From Perna viridis (taxonomy: Eukaryota): DNA of 64,000 nt. The stretch is from contig CM074519.1 in NCBI GenBank assembly GCA_037379345.1, positions 34,994,103 to 35,058,102 of the forward strand. The letters are read 5' to 3'. The translations under genes and the position numbers were made by a program. Below the pieces are notes generated by a model. It was given only the letters and a program-made list of their open reading frames with translations, did not search any database and was not told where the DNA came from. Shown here piece after piece: positions 38,071 through 50,880 of this stretch (position 1 is the first letter of the stretch; every line of letters starts with the position of its first letter).

Positions 38071-40298
38071 CTGAAATGGCAAAAAAGGAAAAAGTAGAAA
38101 TAATCTTAATATGAATTTAAATTATTTGGCATTTTATTTAGACATGTATATAGATTCTCCCTTAGTCTCGAGAGGATTATAAGATTTATACATTTGAGAA
38201 TTTTAGATATCAACCCATAAGTATATTCAATGGGTTAAAAATAAAATTTAACTATCAAGAGCTGATAAATCTTGTAATCAAGAGCATTGGTAGAAGAATC
38301 TGTTTCTCCCATGCAATCTGTAGAAATTCTGAAATGTAAAATGGGGGGAAATTCTTGTAGAAATTTAATCACCGCTCAGTGGTTAAAAAGTCACATGAAT
38401 TTTTAATCACTGGCTTAAAATAGGAGAAAATAAAGTAATGTTCTATTACCGTAATTGTAAACCAATTTTTCAACTAAAACTAATTTTTTCTTTCTTAAAT
38501 GTCAGCTGACAACCCGATTATAATACATACAGCTCTTAGATAATATAGGTATAAGATATTTATTGGTTTGAAGTGCTTTTCACGACATTGTAAGTGCCAT
38601 ATTAGACCATGAATTATACATACAGTCCTTGAAACAATCTGCACAACAATTGGACAGATCAATGACCGCTAACAGATCGAAAACCGATGATCGGTGACCG
38701 ATCTGATCGCAATTTTGTTATATACAATGACTGATGATCTTTGAGAAATAATACAAATGTTAAATAAAAGTATAAATTGATGTTTAAATTATGTAAATAT
38801 GTGTAAAATTGACATAGAAAACACTGGAAATTGCACTATATATAATTTAAGGTCTATGTATGTTCTAGCTGTTTTCAACAGTCCATGTCATCCCTTAGTG
38901 CATACAAACTTCACTGTTCCACTACAGTACAAATTATAAATAAGACTTATAAAAGAATGACTCTTACATAACATTTTTGTAAAAAACTGTCTTGTTTTTG
39001 CCAAATAACTTTCACTCTTTTCTTGTGTAAACAATTAATTTGATGACTGCCCTGAGATATTTGATATGGTATTAGGAAGAAGGGTAAAATCAAAGAAGAA
39101 ATTCTTCCTCAAGCTGAATTATTCTCTAATTTTTTTTCAGGAACCAAATCGTTGGAAAAAAGAGAATTTTCTCAGTACAACCATATTTCATTACAAAAAT
39201 CTCATTATTCATGCAAAACAGGAAAAAAATCAGCAATATTTTATATCAGATGACGTTTTATAGAGTTAGGAAAACCATTTGCGTTCAACTATCTCTCCTC
39301 AGAGAATTTCAAACCAAAAATCAATAGGAATTCAGAATTTGTTTCCCCTTTATCTCTGAAATTATATTTAAATACATAAAAGAATGGATCTATGGCATGA
39401 AAATACAATATCAATTCTTTATAATATGTTCTTTCATATTTTTTCTATCTTTGAAGCTAGAATCATGAAACATAAAAGATCGAATTCCTAATTTGCTTTG
39501 AAAACTGATACAGCTGCGTTCACTTAGATTACAGAAAAATATTGCAAATGTCATTTTCTCCGGACCATAAACGTTGAAATAATTCAATTTTACTGACACC
39601 TTTGGATAATGCCACCAATTGTGATCAATTGACGATTCACCAGTTTATGATTTTTTGCCGCTGCGATTTGCCTCTTTTCATCTCTCGTCAGACTGCTTCA
39701 GAAACTGATATCATTTATCATAGCTTTTATTCCTAAACGCCTCTAATTATGAATTCACATTGATAACACTTATCATGATGAGCTATTATTGCACATTATG
39801 TGATTTTTAACAACCGCTATCAGCGAGCATGATATTTTGTCTATGTATCGTTGCTTCCGATTTTTACACCCTGTTTGTCAGCCTAATCAAGCATTGGTAT
39901 CACTACATAAAGATAGCTGGGAGTAATCAGTTTCAATCCATGTGAAATTTATGACAAGGCAAGTTTATCAGTCAGGAAGCTGATAAGTGGGAGTCTATAA
40001 AATATGATATTTACAGTAATTTAGATGTTGACAAGTCTGATTTTAACAAGAAAACAGTTAATCAAGGGTGGGAGTGATGGAATGGAAGGAACATTGTGAA
40101 TACTGTCATTGTAGGTTGTTATAAAGACAAACTGACTTATATGTTGAAAATAAATACATAGCTCAATAAAACCTTTTTTACCTTCTGTAAGTACTATTTC
40201 AACTTTAACTAGTCTAAAACTATCCTTAAAAGTTGTGGTTTTTTTTCTTTAAATGAGAAGAGCAAAATGATATTAAAACCTTTTATGAACCATAAAAA

Positions 40299-40424
40299 TC
40301 ATTTGCTTTTGTTGCTTTGTACATGTTATTTTATATTCTTTGTTATGTGTGTATCTGGTCTTTGTCCCTGGGTTACACTCTTTTGATTTCCGCTAGAATC
40401 ATGGTTCCCTTGATTACTCTTTTA
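40299..40424 (+). mobile_element. Dispersed PLE-tail/SINE-like repeat, truncated copy
   Basis: TCATTTGCTTTTGTTGCTTTG...GGTCTTTGTCCCTGG...TTCCCTTGATTACTCTTT. Confidence 0.8.
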
Positions 40425-41029
40425 CAGCACTTACTCTCTGCATTTCAGTCACATTTAAAAGGACAATTTATCCCATTTCAATTGGTACATTGTACAAATA
40501 AAGTGAAATGAATCAATCAATCAATTCAGATAAACTGTTTAAAATCAATTTCCAAACTACTTTTCCAGTCAAAATTATTGACCAGACCATGTTTTAAATC
40601 ATACCAGAAAGTAGAGATATTGTCTAAAAAAAACTTGATAGGTACCTTAATGGCACACATCACAAAGTTTATTTGTAGATAAATAGATATCATCTCTGGC
40701 AAAAACTGCATTGTATATCATCAACATGCATAGGGCAGATACAACTTAAATCTGATACCAATAAAACCTGATAATCTAATGCCAAAAGCAAGTTTTTTTT
40801 TTGTTTTGTGTCTGGCAGATATAATAGAATAAACATTCTAAGGAAAAGGTGAAGCATTCTTGGTTTTGTATAAAGTCAAAAATATACTGAGTTTACCCCT
40901 CTGGCAAAACAAGTCCAAATCATACATTAGCCTTTGATAGTTATAAGTAATAGCATATTTAGCATTTTACAATGATTGTCGATTACATTTAAGGTAGAAT
41001 TCCAAGCAATGAAGATAATTGTTTCAGCC

Positions 41030-41740
41030 ATTGGGACAAGCAAGTGGTTTAGGGATTAACTGTTGAATGACCAGAAATTTACTGGTAGTGGTAAAAGTCT
41101 TGAGACAAGTACCCAAACCCATTAGATACTTACTTGTAATGGTGATGGTGTTAGGATGATTGCCCCAGCAATGTATGGAGAAACTGCTCATGGTGGCGGT
41201 GTTAGGATGAGTGCCCCAGCAATGCATGGAGAAACTGCTAATGATGACGGTGTTGGGACAAGTGCCCCAGCACTGAATGGAGGAACTATTAGATAATTAC
41301 TGGTAATGGTGACGGCGTTGGGACAAGTGCCCTAGCACTGAATGGAGGAACTATTAGATACTTACTGGTAATGGTGACGGCGTTGGGACAAGTGCCCCAG
41401 CACTGAATGGAGGAACTATTAGATACTTACTGGTAATGGTGAAGGTATTGGGACAAGTGCCCCAGCACTGAATGGAGGAGCTACTAGATACTTACTGGTA
41501 ATGGTGAAAGTATTGGGACAAGTGCCCTAGCACTGAATGGAGGAACTATTAGATACTTACTGGTAATGGTGACGGCGTTGGGACAAGTGCCCCAGCACTG
41601 AATGGAGGAACTATTAGATACTTACTGGTAATGGTGAAAGTATTGGGACAAGTGCCCCAGCACTGAATGGAGGAATTACTAGATACTTACTGGTAATGGT
41701 GACGGCGTTGGAACAAGTGCCCCAGCACTGAATGGAGGAA
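41030..41740 (-). repeat. 65-bp tandem array derived from the AUTS2 exon end plus its splice donor
   Basis: The AGGAAC-like phase mark recurs at 41281, 41346, 41411, 41476, 41541, 41606, 41671 and 41736 (period 65). Degenerate units continue down to ~41030. Confidence 0.97.
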
Positions 41741-41908
41741 CAATTGGATACATATGTTGATGTGTATGTTGATGTTGATGTTGGTGCATGTGCTGGTGTT
41801 GGTGTATATCTGCTCTCATGTACGGAGATTGTGACAATATGGATGAAGGCGATCTATCTTGTGTCAGTAAAAATCTTCTGTTCAATTCTTCTCTAAGAAT
41901 CTCCTGGC
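41691..41908 (-). CDS. AUTS2: AUTS2-family exon with the HX (His-Gln/Thr) repeat
   Basis: Reads QEILREELNRRFL...MRADIHQHQHMHQHQHQHTHQHMYP...PSPLP, matching family motifs LRQELNTRFL and HQHQHQHTHQH. TTACAG acceptor and GTAAGT donor, phase 1 to 0. Confidence 0.95.
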
Positions 41909-43171
41909 CTGTAAGAACAGAAAAAGTAAATTGAAATAAAATAGGATATCAACTGAAAATGAACACTATTTTTAGCCTATGAACATAGTCATATCAGTGT
42001 AAAGTACATTTTACTTAAGGATGACAATTACTCACATTGAATTTATTTCACTGGTAATGGTGCAGTGATCAGTGTTTATCAGCCACTTATGCCATCGATA
42101 AAAAATAAAATTACTCAAATGTTCAGAACTGATTCTTTGTATATGTGTACACATAAAAAAAAAAAAAAAAACAAACAAATATCTTCACACATTAACAAAT
42201 ACCTAATTGAGAACACACCAAAAACACTAAAATTATAAACAAGTTATTCATTTATATTAAATGATAAGTGTATATTAAGCAATTAAATTTCTGAATAAAC
42301 AACAAAATTTTATACCTTTTCCTTTGAAAGAAAAAAAAATGTGTTTTTATAGTTGTCTTTGTAAACATTTTTCCATTATAAATTCAGTTGGCTTTTCTAA
42401 TTGTTTCAACATATTATGACAAGTTTATAATAAAATTACACTTATATACAGCCACAATATATGTAATCAAATTGAAACTAGTTAGAAGTGGTTATATTCA
42501 TAATTATTTTTAACTGTGGAAACTCCTTATTCAACAACGCGCAAATATAGTAATAACTTTCAATTTACACAACACTTTTTTACACCTAATTCTAAGGCTT
42601 TACAGAATTGACATTTAAAGGGCATCAAGAAAAATAATACTTTTCGTTGAGAAACAGATGCCAAAAAAGGTTGTGGTTAATCAACATGACATATCTTAGC
42701 TGTAAGAAGAATTCTAGCACCTTTGTTCTGATAGAAGGGTTTCTCACATAGATAAACTTTTGTTTAATTCGAGAATTTTTGGAACAGAATCAAGAACAGC
42801 TTTCATTTTTTTGGTCTTTGATCTAACAACCAAAGACACCTGTCTGGCAATGTGTTGATGGATTATGTATCCTCGTGTTGTTCAAATGTCTGCATCGTTA
42901 TAATTTTTTGGCTTATTTTTTTGTACATATATACCTCCCATTGTTAAGTAATTAAGAGAAATGATAGTATTGATTGCTTTAATATTGTGGAGGTCATATG
43001 TTTACCATAGCTAAGCTACCATCTTAAAGGTTGAATAAATCACTTAAAGATACATTTACCATTTATTATTTCTTTGTTTTCCAATGTATCTCAAAGATAA
43101 CTACAGTTCAATTAACACCTTTAAAAAAAAATAAAAACATTTTAATTAACACCTATTATCCTGTTACTCAC

Positions 43172-43380
43172 TAGCTATGTTCATGGAATCTGTAGGCGAG
43201 TTTAATGATGCCCCTGCTCCTAGGTTTGACGAGGGGCCTGGCGGCAGGGGAGATGCGAACATGCTGTGTGACAGCCCGGGGTTATGGTTTGGTGGTTGGC
43301 CAGGGTAGCTGGAATGATGATAGACTGACAATCCTGGAGAGAGTGAAACCTGGGGTGCAAACAGGCCAGGAGTGGCACGT
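43172..43380 (-). CDS. AUTS2: AUTS2-family Pro-rich exon
   Basis: TTTTCAG acceptor and GTGAGT donor, phase 2 to 1. Reads RATPGLFAPQVSLSPG...HSMFASPLPPGPSS...DSMNIA, and is frame-consistent with both neighbours. Confidence 0.88.
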
Positions 43381-44985
43381 CTGAAAATACAATCAATACA
43401 TTATGTTCAGATAGATAAAATGGTCATGCCGAGTCCCAGAACTGTTCAATGAAATATTGGAAAATGATGATCAAAGAAAAGCAACATAGAATCAAATATT
43501 AGATAATTTCTCATGGCATTCTGGGTTTTATTGTACTACATGTCAGCAAAGACAGATATACATGTACCATTAAACCTGTGTCAAAAGCTGTGTGTATAAA
43601 AATTGTGAAAGTAGAATTAAAAAATAAAACATGTTAACTCACCTCAACAAATATGAAAGATTGTGTGATAAATATCATGGTTAAGTTCTCAAACAAGCTG
43701 ATAAACTGATAAGTTTAATGACAAATCTCTGCACAAATACTTAGAACACAAAGGCAGAAAGACACAGACAGACAAGTACCAATAGAAGACAGCCTGATAG
43801 AATTTAAACCTAATTATCAACATTGTACAAACAATTATACCAAAATGACTTCTACATTGTTATAATTATTTTAGAAGTATTACATACAGTACTTCAAAGA
43901 CCATGTTAACAACATGAGGCTGCTTTTACAAACAAACACATTAGAAAACCTTCTGGCAAGAAAGAAAATCTTGTCTCTTGTGTAAATTATTTGTTATATA
44001 CTAATTACAGTCACTGACATACCAGTTCATATCGCTTTAGACTCAAGTGAAATCTACATTTCAAGCACCAGTTTATGGCCAAGAATAAAGATCTACTTAT
44101 GAACACTTCAATCTACCATGGTATTACTATTAAGTAGACTCTTAAGTATTGGTTTTACTTGAGATCAGGCAGAGGGGTGATATATACAGCAGTTTTTAAG
44201 TAGACTTTTAGGCATAGATTATTTTAGCATCAAGCAGTGGGGAGGTGTGCAATCTGTACTAGGATTTATAGCCAAGTAATTAACAAAAAAAAAACATCTT
44301 TTCAAACTGTTCCTAACCAAACTGCTTATATATGTACCTAAATCAACATCATTAAACAAAAAGAGAAGATACAACAGTGTTGAGGATTGTTCTTAATTTA
44401 GTATGGCAAATAAAATAGTTTACTGAAACCTTCCAATGTCCCTCCTGCGAAGGCTGTTTGGGGATGTGACAAAGAAATGCTTCAATGTTTAATCTATAAT
44501 CCATGCCTCAAAATTGAACTACAAACAATATAAGTAGATACTTCAAATCAACCATTTCACATCCTATGTCCGGGTAAAAGCTATGTCTGTTTCCCCTAAG
44601 AGCAAAAACCTGTGACATTCCAGGAACTGATACTTAAAACCATACCAGGATTTGCCCACAATCAGTAGTAAAATTGTTTATCAGTAAACACAGGCTACTC
44701 ATGCCAGATTATCTCCCTGATAGCAGCAGTGATAGTACTCATGCTTTATTTTCACTAATAGATTTTATCTAGATGCTAATTATAGTATCAGTAGCCAATT
44801 GTCCCTTTTGTCAATAGAGTCCTATGTTAATTTTTTTATTACAATTCAATACTTGACAACAGCTGTTAATGAAAACTAACAAATACCAACAGAACTCTCT
44901 ATCCCTGCAGATGGGGTCTTAACTGTAGACTAACAAGGTTTAAATACTTCCTTACCAGAAGATTTTGGTAATGGTAAATACATAC

Positions 44986-45487
44986 CCTCCTAAAGACTTT
45001 GGAAATGAGCTGCTAGGATGCTCTTTTTCTCTAATATCTTCCCTCTTTGGTGTGACTCTAGGTGATGGTGACACTTTCCTATAATCCTTCTGTAATGGTG
45101 GAGCAGTTGATACTGCTGATGGTATAGACGAAATCAGTGTTGATTTCTGTACAATAGACTGCTTTAATGGAGTTGGAGAAACTCTCGATAATGGGGACAA
45201 ATTTTTTCTCTTTAAAGGGGGTGATGTTACTTTTGGTCCATTAATTATCACAGATGTGGTAGCGGCAACTGCAGGAGTGGTTATGGAGCTTGTTGTTTTT
45301 GTACTCTCAGTTGTCACAGAAGCAGTTGACAATGCCGATGTTGTTGTTGTGGGAGATGTTGTTGTTGCAGTTGTAGAAGCCAGAGTATTGGTTGTTGTGG
45401 TGACACGATTATTTGTTGAAGAGGTTGTGACCGTGGTGGAAAATGTACTGCTGCATGTTGTAGTTGTTGCTTGCAAAAGACATTCTC
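44986..45487 (-). CDS. AUTS2: AUTS2-family Thr/Ser/Pro-rich exon
   Basis: TTATAG acceptor ends at 45488 and the donor is GG|GTATGT, phase 1 to 2. Lies within ORF 44952-45527. Confidence 0.8.
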
Positions 45488-48400
45488 CTATAATAGAAAT
45501 TTTATTGTAAAAAGTTGTCCAATCCATTACAAGTATTAAGAAACAAACACATTTTCTCTGTAATTCATTCTACAAAATCATCAATTATCATTTTTGTTAC
45601 ATAATAATAAATACTGTCTTGCTTTACAGTTCTAATGTTTTATGCACAAGAGTTACATATATTCATAGTACATTTTTATGTTCCTTTCAGTTCTTAAACA
45701 ACCATCAGATGTATAAGAGGCAATATTCTCTTTACATATTGAAATGTAAAAGGTTTAGTTGTGTTACATGAAAACTCTTTGCACTTGACCCCAACAACAG
45801 AAACTTGTTAAAACATTTAACATACCACTTAAGCTTCATGAAAAAGCTTTACACAAAAGCCTATTTCCATCTGCTCAATAATGCATGTGTTTGTCTGACT
45901 CATAAACAGTCAATCTTTTTCTTGTGCTAATTTTTCTTCTACTAGGGGTATTAGTTCATACAAATAATTTATTTAAAAGCATTTTTATTGAAGCTTAGCA
46001 CCTAGTAAAGGCAGCTGCCAAGGGCCATTCATAACTGAAGTGGTAAATTTATATATGGTGCATCAATTCAAGTGAAGAATTTTTATGTTAAACATCAAAG
46101 TAGTGCCCTTTCATGTCAAATGTGTCGAGGCAACATATAACTTTGATTTTTTCTCATGTTTTCAAAATGTTGTCCTGAAAATTAAACCCATTTCAATTTT
46201 TACACTTCATTTAAGTGCTCAATAGGGAAACATCAATTTATTTCCATTTAAGGCAATAAAAACGGAAAGGGTATTGATTCAATTTAGACATGTCTACGAA
46301 ACACCTTCAATACAGAAGAACACATTTTACACTTGCTTTAACTCAATTTACACCCATTAGACCATCTGTTCACCAAATATGACTGAATATTTCTACAGAT
46401 CACAACATAGAAGGGAGTCAGTATTTGAGGGTGTTATTGAAGCACGATTTCTATAAAAAGATCTGTCCTTTAATCGTATGAAAAGGAAAATCTGTGGAGG
46501 TTTTTGATGCTATCTAATTCTACTTTGACAAACATGTAAGATTAATGCAGTGCCTGTTTACCTTTCTTCAAATTAGGGGTTAGGATGTGATGTAATAACT
46601 GCATTCTGACTTATGAAAATTTTGAAGTGGCCCCTATACTTCATTTTAAACCCCATCAACCTAAAGTAATTTTAATTTTGTGATTTTAAGGGAAATTGGT
46701 CTTATCCATATATACTTACGATTATGACTCAAGGTAAATATATCAGAACTTGCATCAGAGGCCTGTAAATAATAAACAATAATGATATATCACTGTACTC
46801 AATCAAATGTCATATCAATACTATATAAAGCTACATGATACATTCATAAAGAGACAACACTTCATCGACACTAAATTTAACCATACATCATTTTAAGTTA
46901 AATCACTAGAACTACAAAAAAAAACAAAAAACAAAAAAAAAATTTGTTTAATTAAAAAAAAAATACATATACATACATGTAATAAAATTCAAGTCTGCCA
47001 ACTCATCTAGCCCCATTATACATGAAGTGGTTGAGGAAATTGTTCAAATATTTTTTTTTTCAAAACTACTTTATGTAGTTCCACACACATCTATTTCGAA
47101 GTGCTCCTATGCACTTTTATTCCACAATCAGAAACAACCTTCTTGATTTTTTTTGCAAGAAACAAATTGAGGATATTCATTTTTATTTATTCATGTGATA
47201 CTCTAATTTAACAATAAACCATTTGACTTTCACCAGGCTCTGAGAAACCATGGCACCTATTTCAGTTATATTTTACAAACAACAGACATTTTGAGACATT
47301 CCGTGATCATTGTACAAAAGCCATAATCAGTATTCACAACCTTTACAAATTCATAACTGGTTCTTCCTGTTCAGATAAAGGTACCAGTACAATGTACTTA
47401 GAATGGTGTCGCCTTAAAAGCCACAGACTACTAATTAGACCATTATAATTAGATATTAAATAATTAATTCATATATAACTATTCTTCTCCCCCTACACCT
47501 TTGGTGTTGTTCATTTATATCACCATAAAAGCCGACTTCAATGAGAGCAAAGCTAAACACCTTTTAAATTTTTCATAAATAGACTTTAATAATGCTATCA
47601 TTAAAGTTTATGGCGCCATTGAAAGTTTCATAAGAAGACCATATCTGTTGATGAACAACTTCTAGTGACTATGTTTTTTTCACAATTAACAAGATTACTT
47701 TTGATACATGTGGCATGAAACGGCTGTACAATTTATATTGGATCAGTTATATGATAGATCCTATTAAAGATGGCAGAGATTACCATGAATATTTTAATAT
47801 TCCAGACATTATCTATATTCTAACATGTATTAAGTTCAAATACATTTCATACAACTATGAGAAATTATATAAATATTCACTGATTGTAAAATAATGAGAC
47901 TTTGGTACATCATAATATGCATAATAATATTCATCAGGATGAATGCACTTTAAAATTTAAACCAGCTTCTACCAAAATTGGATTATTAAGACAGCCTTTA
48001 AATGTTAGAGCAGGCTATATAAGCCCAGCTAAGATGTTGACAGTTTACTACCAATATTCAGTCAATAACCTAAAAAAAAAAACCTACCATTCTCCTTAAA
48101 AGATTTGCAAAGCTGAATCCTAACTTTCCTCGACTTATTGAAGTTGGGGAATAGTGAAAATCCATAAGAATGTTTTCATCGAATTACTTTCATTTTCAAT
48201 ATAATGATTCCACTAAATCATAAATCTCTACACTGTACACTCCCTTATGAAGATGACACAGAAGCTTACTGGGTCTACTATCTTCACTTCAATCATAATA
48301 TTCATAAAACCAAACTGTCTAAAAACTGATAAACCATTTCACATTTAACACTGAGAATGATACACAGCTCTAAAATATCCATCATAATTTTCAATTAGCA

Positions 48401-50502
48401 GCAACAAGAGGTGCAAAACAACCAACTTGCAAAATGTGAATTCTAGATAATAAAACACTACGCCTTTCCCATAATTCAATTTGCCATGTTACTTTCCAAG
48501 TTTTCAAAGTCGATAATGGTAGTGGAAAAATAATTATCCTTTCAATTTCAAATATGACAAATTATGCTGGCATTACAACAGAATGAAAATTACCGCAGTG
48601 ATCCTCCAATCAAATTACAAGTTAATAACCATAACAATAACACATTCCATAAAGGCAAAAAAAAACATGTAAAGGGCAACCGAATTATCATAAACCTATT
48701 GTCATATTTCAAAATCCATCATCACGAACTGTGGCAAAAATGAATGAGCTAGCCTTAAAGGAACTAAAAATGACACCAGTATGCAATAAATTTCAAAACA
48801 TTGCACATATAAATGGATCAAAACTTATTTTGTATTCCATCTTCAATGCTTGGGCATTAATAGTACATGTTCAACTTCCCAATCAACATTCTCCTAGCCT
48901 GAAGGCTGAGAGGATATGACTGAAGGGTTATATACTGAACAAGGTACCAAGGCTAAATACCATGTTCATATTGTGGTTTTTGCTCACGTTCGTTAAAAGG
49001 TCAACATGTTCTTAAACAAGACTATATATCACAACGATGAAGTGTTAAAACACATGTACAGGTTTTGTTTTAAAGCATCCATAGTTCAAAGGTCTTCCTA
49101 GTATTGTATAGAATTACTAAGTGTCAAATAACATAAGCATTGACATCTTTAATCATTGAAAGTCAGGATTTTCTCCAGGGTTTTTCACACTTGCTTTGTA
49201 TTAGAACATCCTGGATTTTAAAAAAAACCTGAACATATAAATTTTAACAAAAAAATATGTCAACAACACATACATTTACTCTTAAAGCATTGGAAGTTCA
49301 ATTAAATGAAGATTCACATTTGTTTTATTTTGGGTCATCTTAGGTATCAAATAAAGGCTTTGCAGACATACAACAGATAAATATGTCAGTAGCAAATTGT
49401 CCAACCATGTGTGTAGTGTACTAAAGTGCAGTTAGTTTGAACAAATAAGCCAACAACTGCTATTTTTTCAGTTAAGTTGGTGCATGAAGAGTAAATTTAA
49501 AAATTCATTCACTACAAAAAGCCCTATGCTTATTGCTAATAATAATAATAAGATAGGGGTATATTAAGAAATCATTATGGAGATTAGGCTTTACAGCACA
49601 AGAAGGAAAATGCACTTATAAAATGTACAAAAATGTTTTTCCTTTCAGAAACCAGTTTTAATTTTTGAAATAAAATGAGAAATTTTTCATAGCGCTATGA
49701 GGAACAGGAGGTAATTTCTGCGTCAAACTATTTTTGTGTACATTCCAAATACTCATTGGTTGAATTGGTGGTCTGCAACCTTAGTCTAATGTCTGGTTTT
49801 GCGTTTTCCCTCTTTTAAATTAACCTCTAATAACTTGAGATATATTTAATCTATAAGAATATACATTTCCACTTTGTTTCTATCAAAATGCCAAAAAAAA
49901 CAAAAAAAAAACAAAAAAACTGCTTCACAGGAAAGAAATAGTTAATACATGTACTAGAACATTGACAAATACACTCTTCAAAGCCGACATTTGATGAAGA
50001 ACTTAGATCTACATTTAAGTTCTCCATAATACTTCAAACTTCAATGTATTTTGTTAACTTTTAACCTTAAAACCATAAATTACCTTATAAGTTCAAAGAA
50101 CCCCATACATCCTCTATTCAAGCATTCATTATGTGACTTAATTGACCTTTGCCCTTTGCCTGTTCAAACATCATGATTTCCTCATAAATTGACATGTTTT
50201 TCTGTCATCTATTGCTTTTTTGTGCAACCCCATGACCTGTCACTCAATCAAAAAACTTTCCTTCATTTGAATCTAATTAAAACTATGTGTAGAGCATGTT
50301 AAACACTGTATGTTTTTCTACAAATTGCCCTTATATACAATATTTACACTTTCGTCCTAATCTGCATTCTCCATCAAAGCCCAATAGAATATTTGTTAAA
50401 AAGTTGATACCACCATGCAGGTTTGTCTAAACCTGGTATATACCTTTGTCTTCTTTGTAATAGTTCGTTACAATATCAAAATCTAGAATGTCAATTCAGT
50501 AT

Positions 50503-50880
50503 CAGTCTCTGTAAAAATCTGGCAGTCAGTGAAACATGGTATAAAAAAAAACGATCATTTTGATAGTCTAATTTGACTATTTGCACCATTACAATCAAGG
50601 AAAACAGACAGGATTTTCCATATCATGCTGCACCTTTGAGTTACAACTTCATTGAAATGCACTGAAAATGAACATTTCAAGGGCAGACAACTCTGTCAAA
50701 AACCTCCAATTTCTAAGACTCTATTGAAAAATTTCTGAGCAATGCCAATGATGCAGAGATCAAATAATGGTCTTTCAAATGGAGAGGATATCCTTGAGTG
50801 ATATTATATTGTCAGATCGGTGGGGTTTTGACAAGCATGTTTCTGATTTTTCTCATTTTGCCTTATTCTTACAAATACAT
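50503..50880. mobile_element. MITE, copy 2 of the 23772-24115 family
   Basis: Colinear similarity: CAGTCTCTGTAA.AATC.GGCAGT...ATTGAAATGCACTGAAAATGA...AATGATGCAGAGATCA...ATTGTCAGATCG...CATTTTGCC..ATTCTTACAAA. Confidence 0.85.

Noticed and set aside
38650-38740. GATC/CGAT-rich patch
   Set aside because: It is probably a small TE fragment. No termini or second copy in the window support a call.
41030-41740. 65-bp periodic array as a CRISPR array
   Set aside because: There are no unique spacers, the whole unit repeats, it derives from the adjacent exon, the context is eukaryotic, and no cas genes are present.
45256-45510. Val-rich + strand ORF (also 30088-30474, 32124-32390 and 37671-37880)
   Set aside because: These are antisense shadows of AUTS2-like exons.
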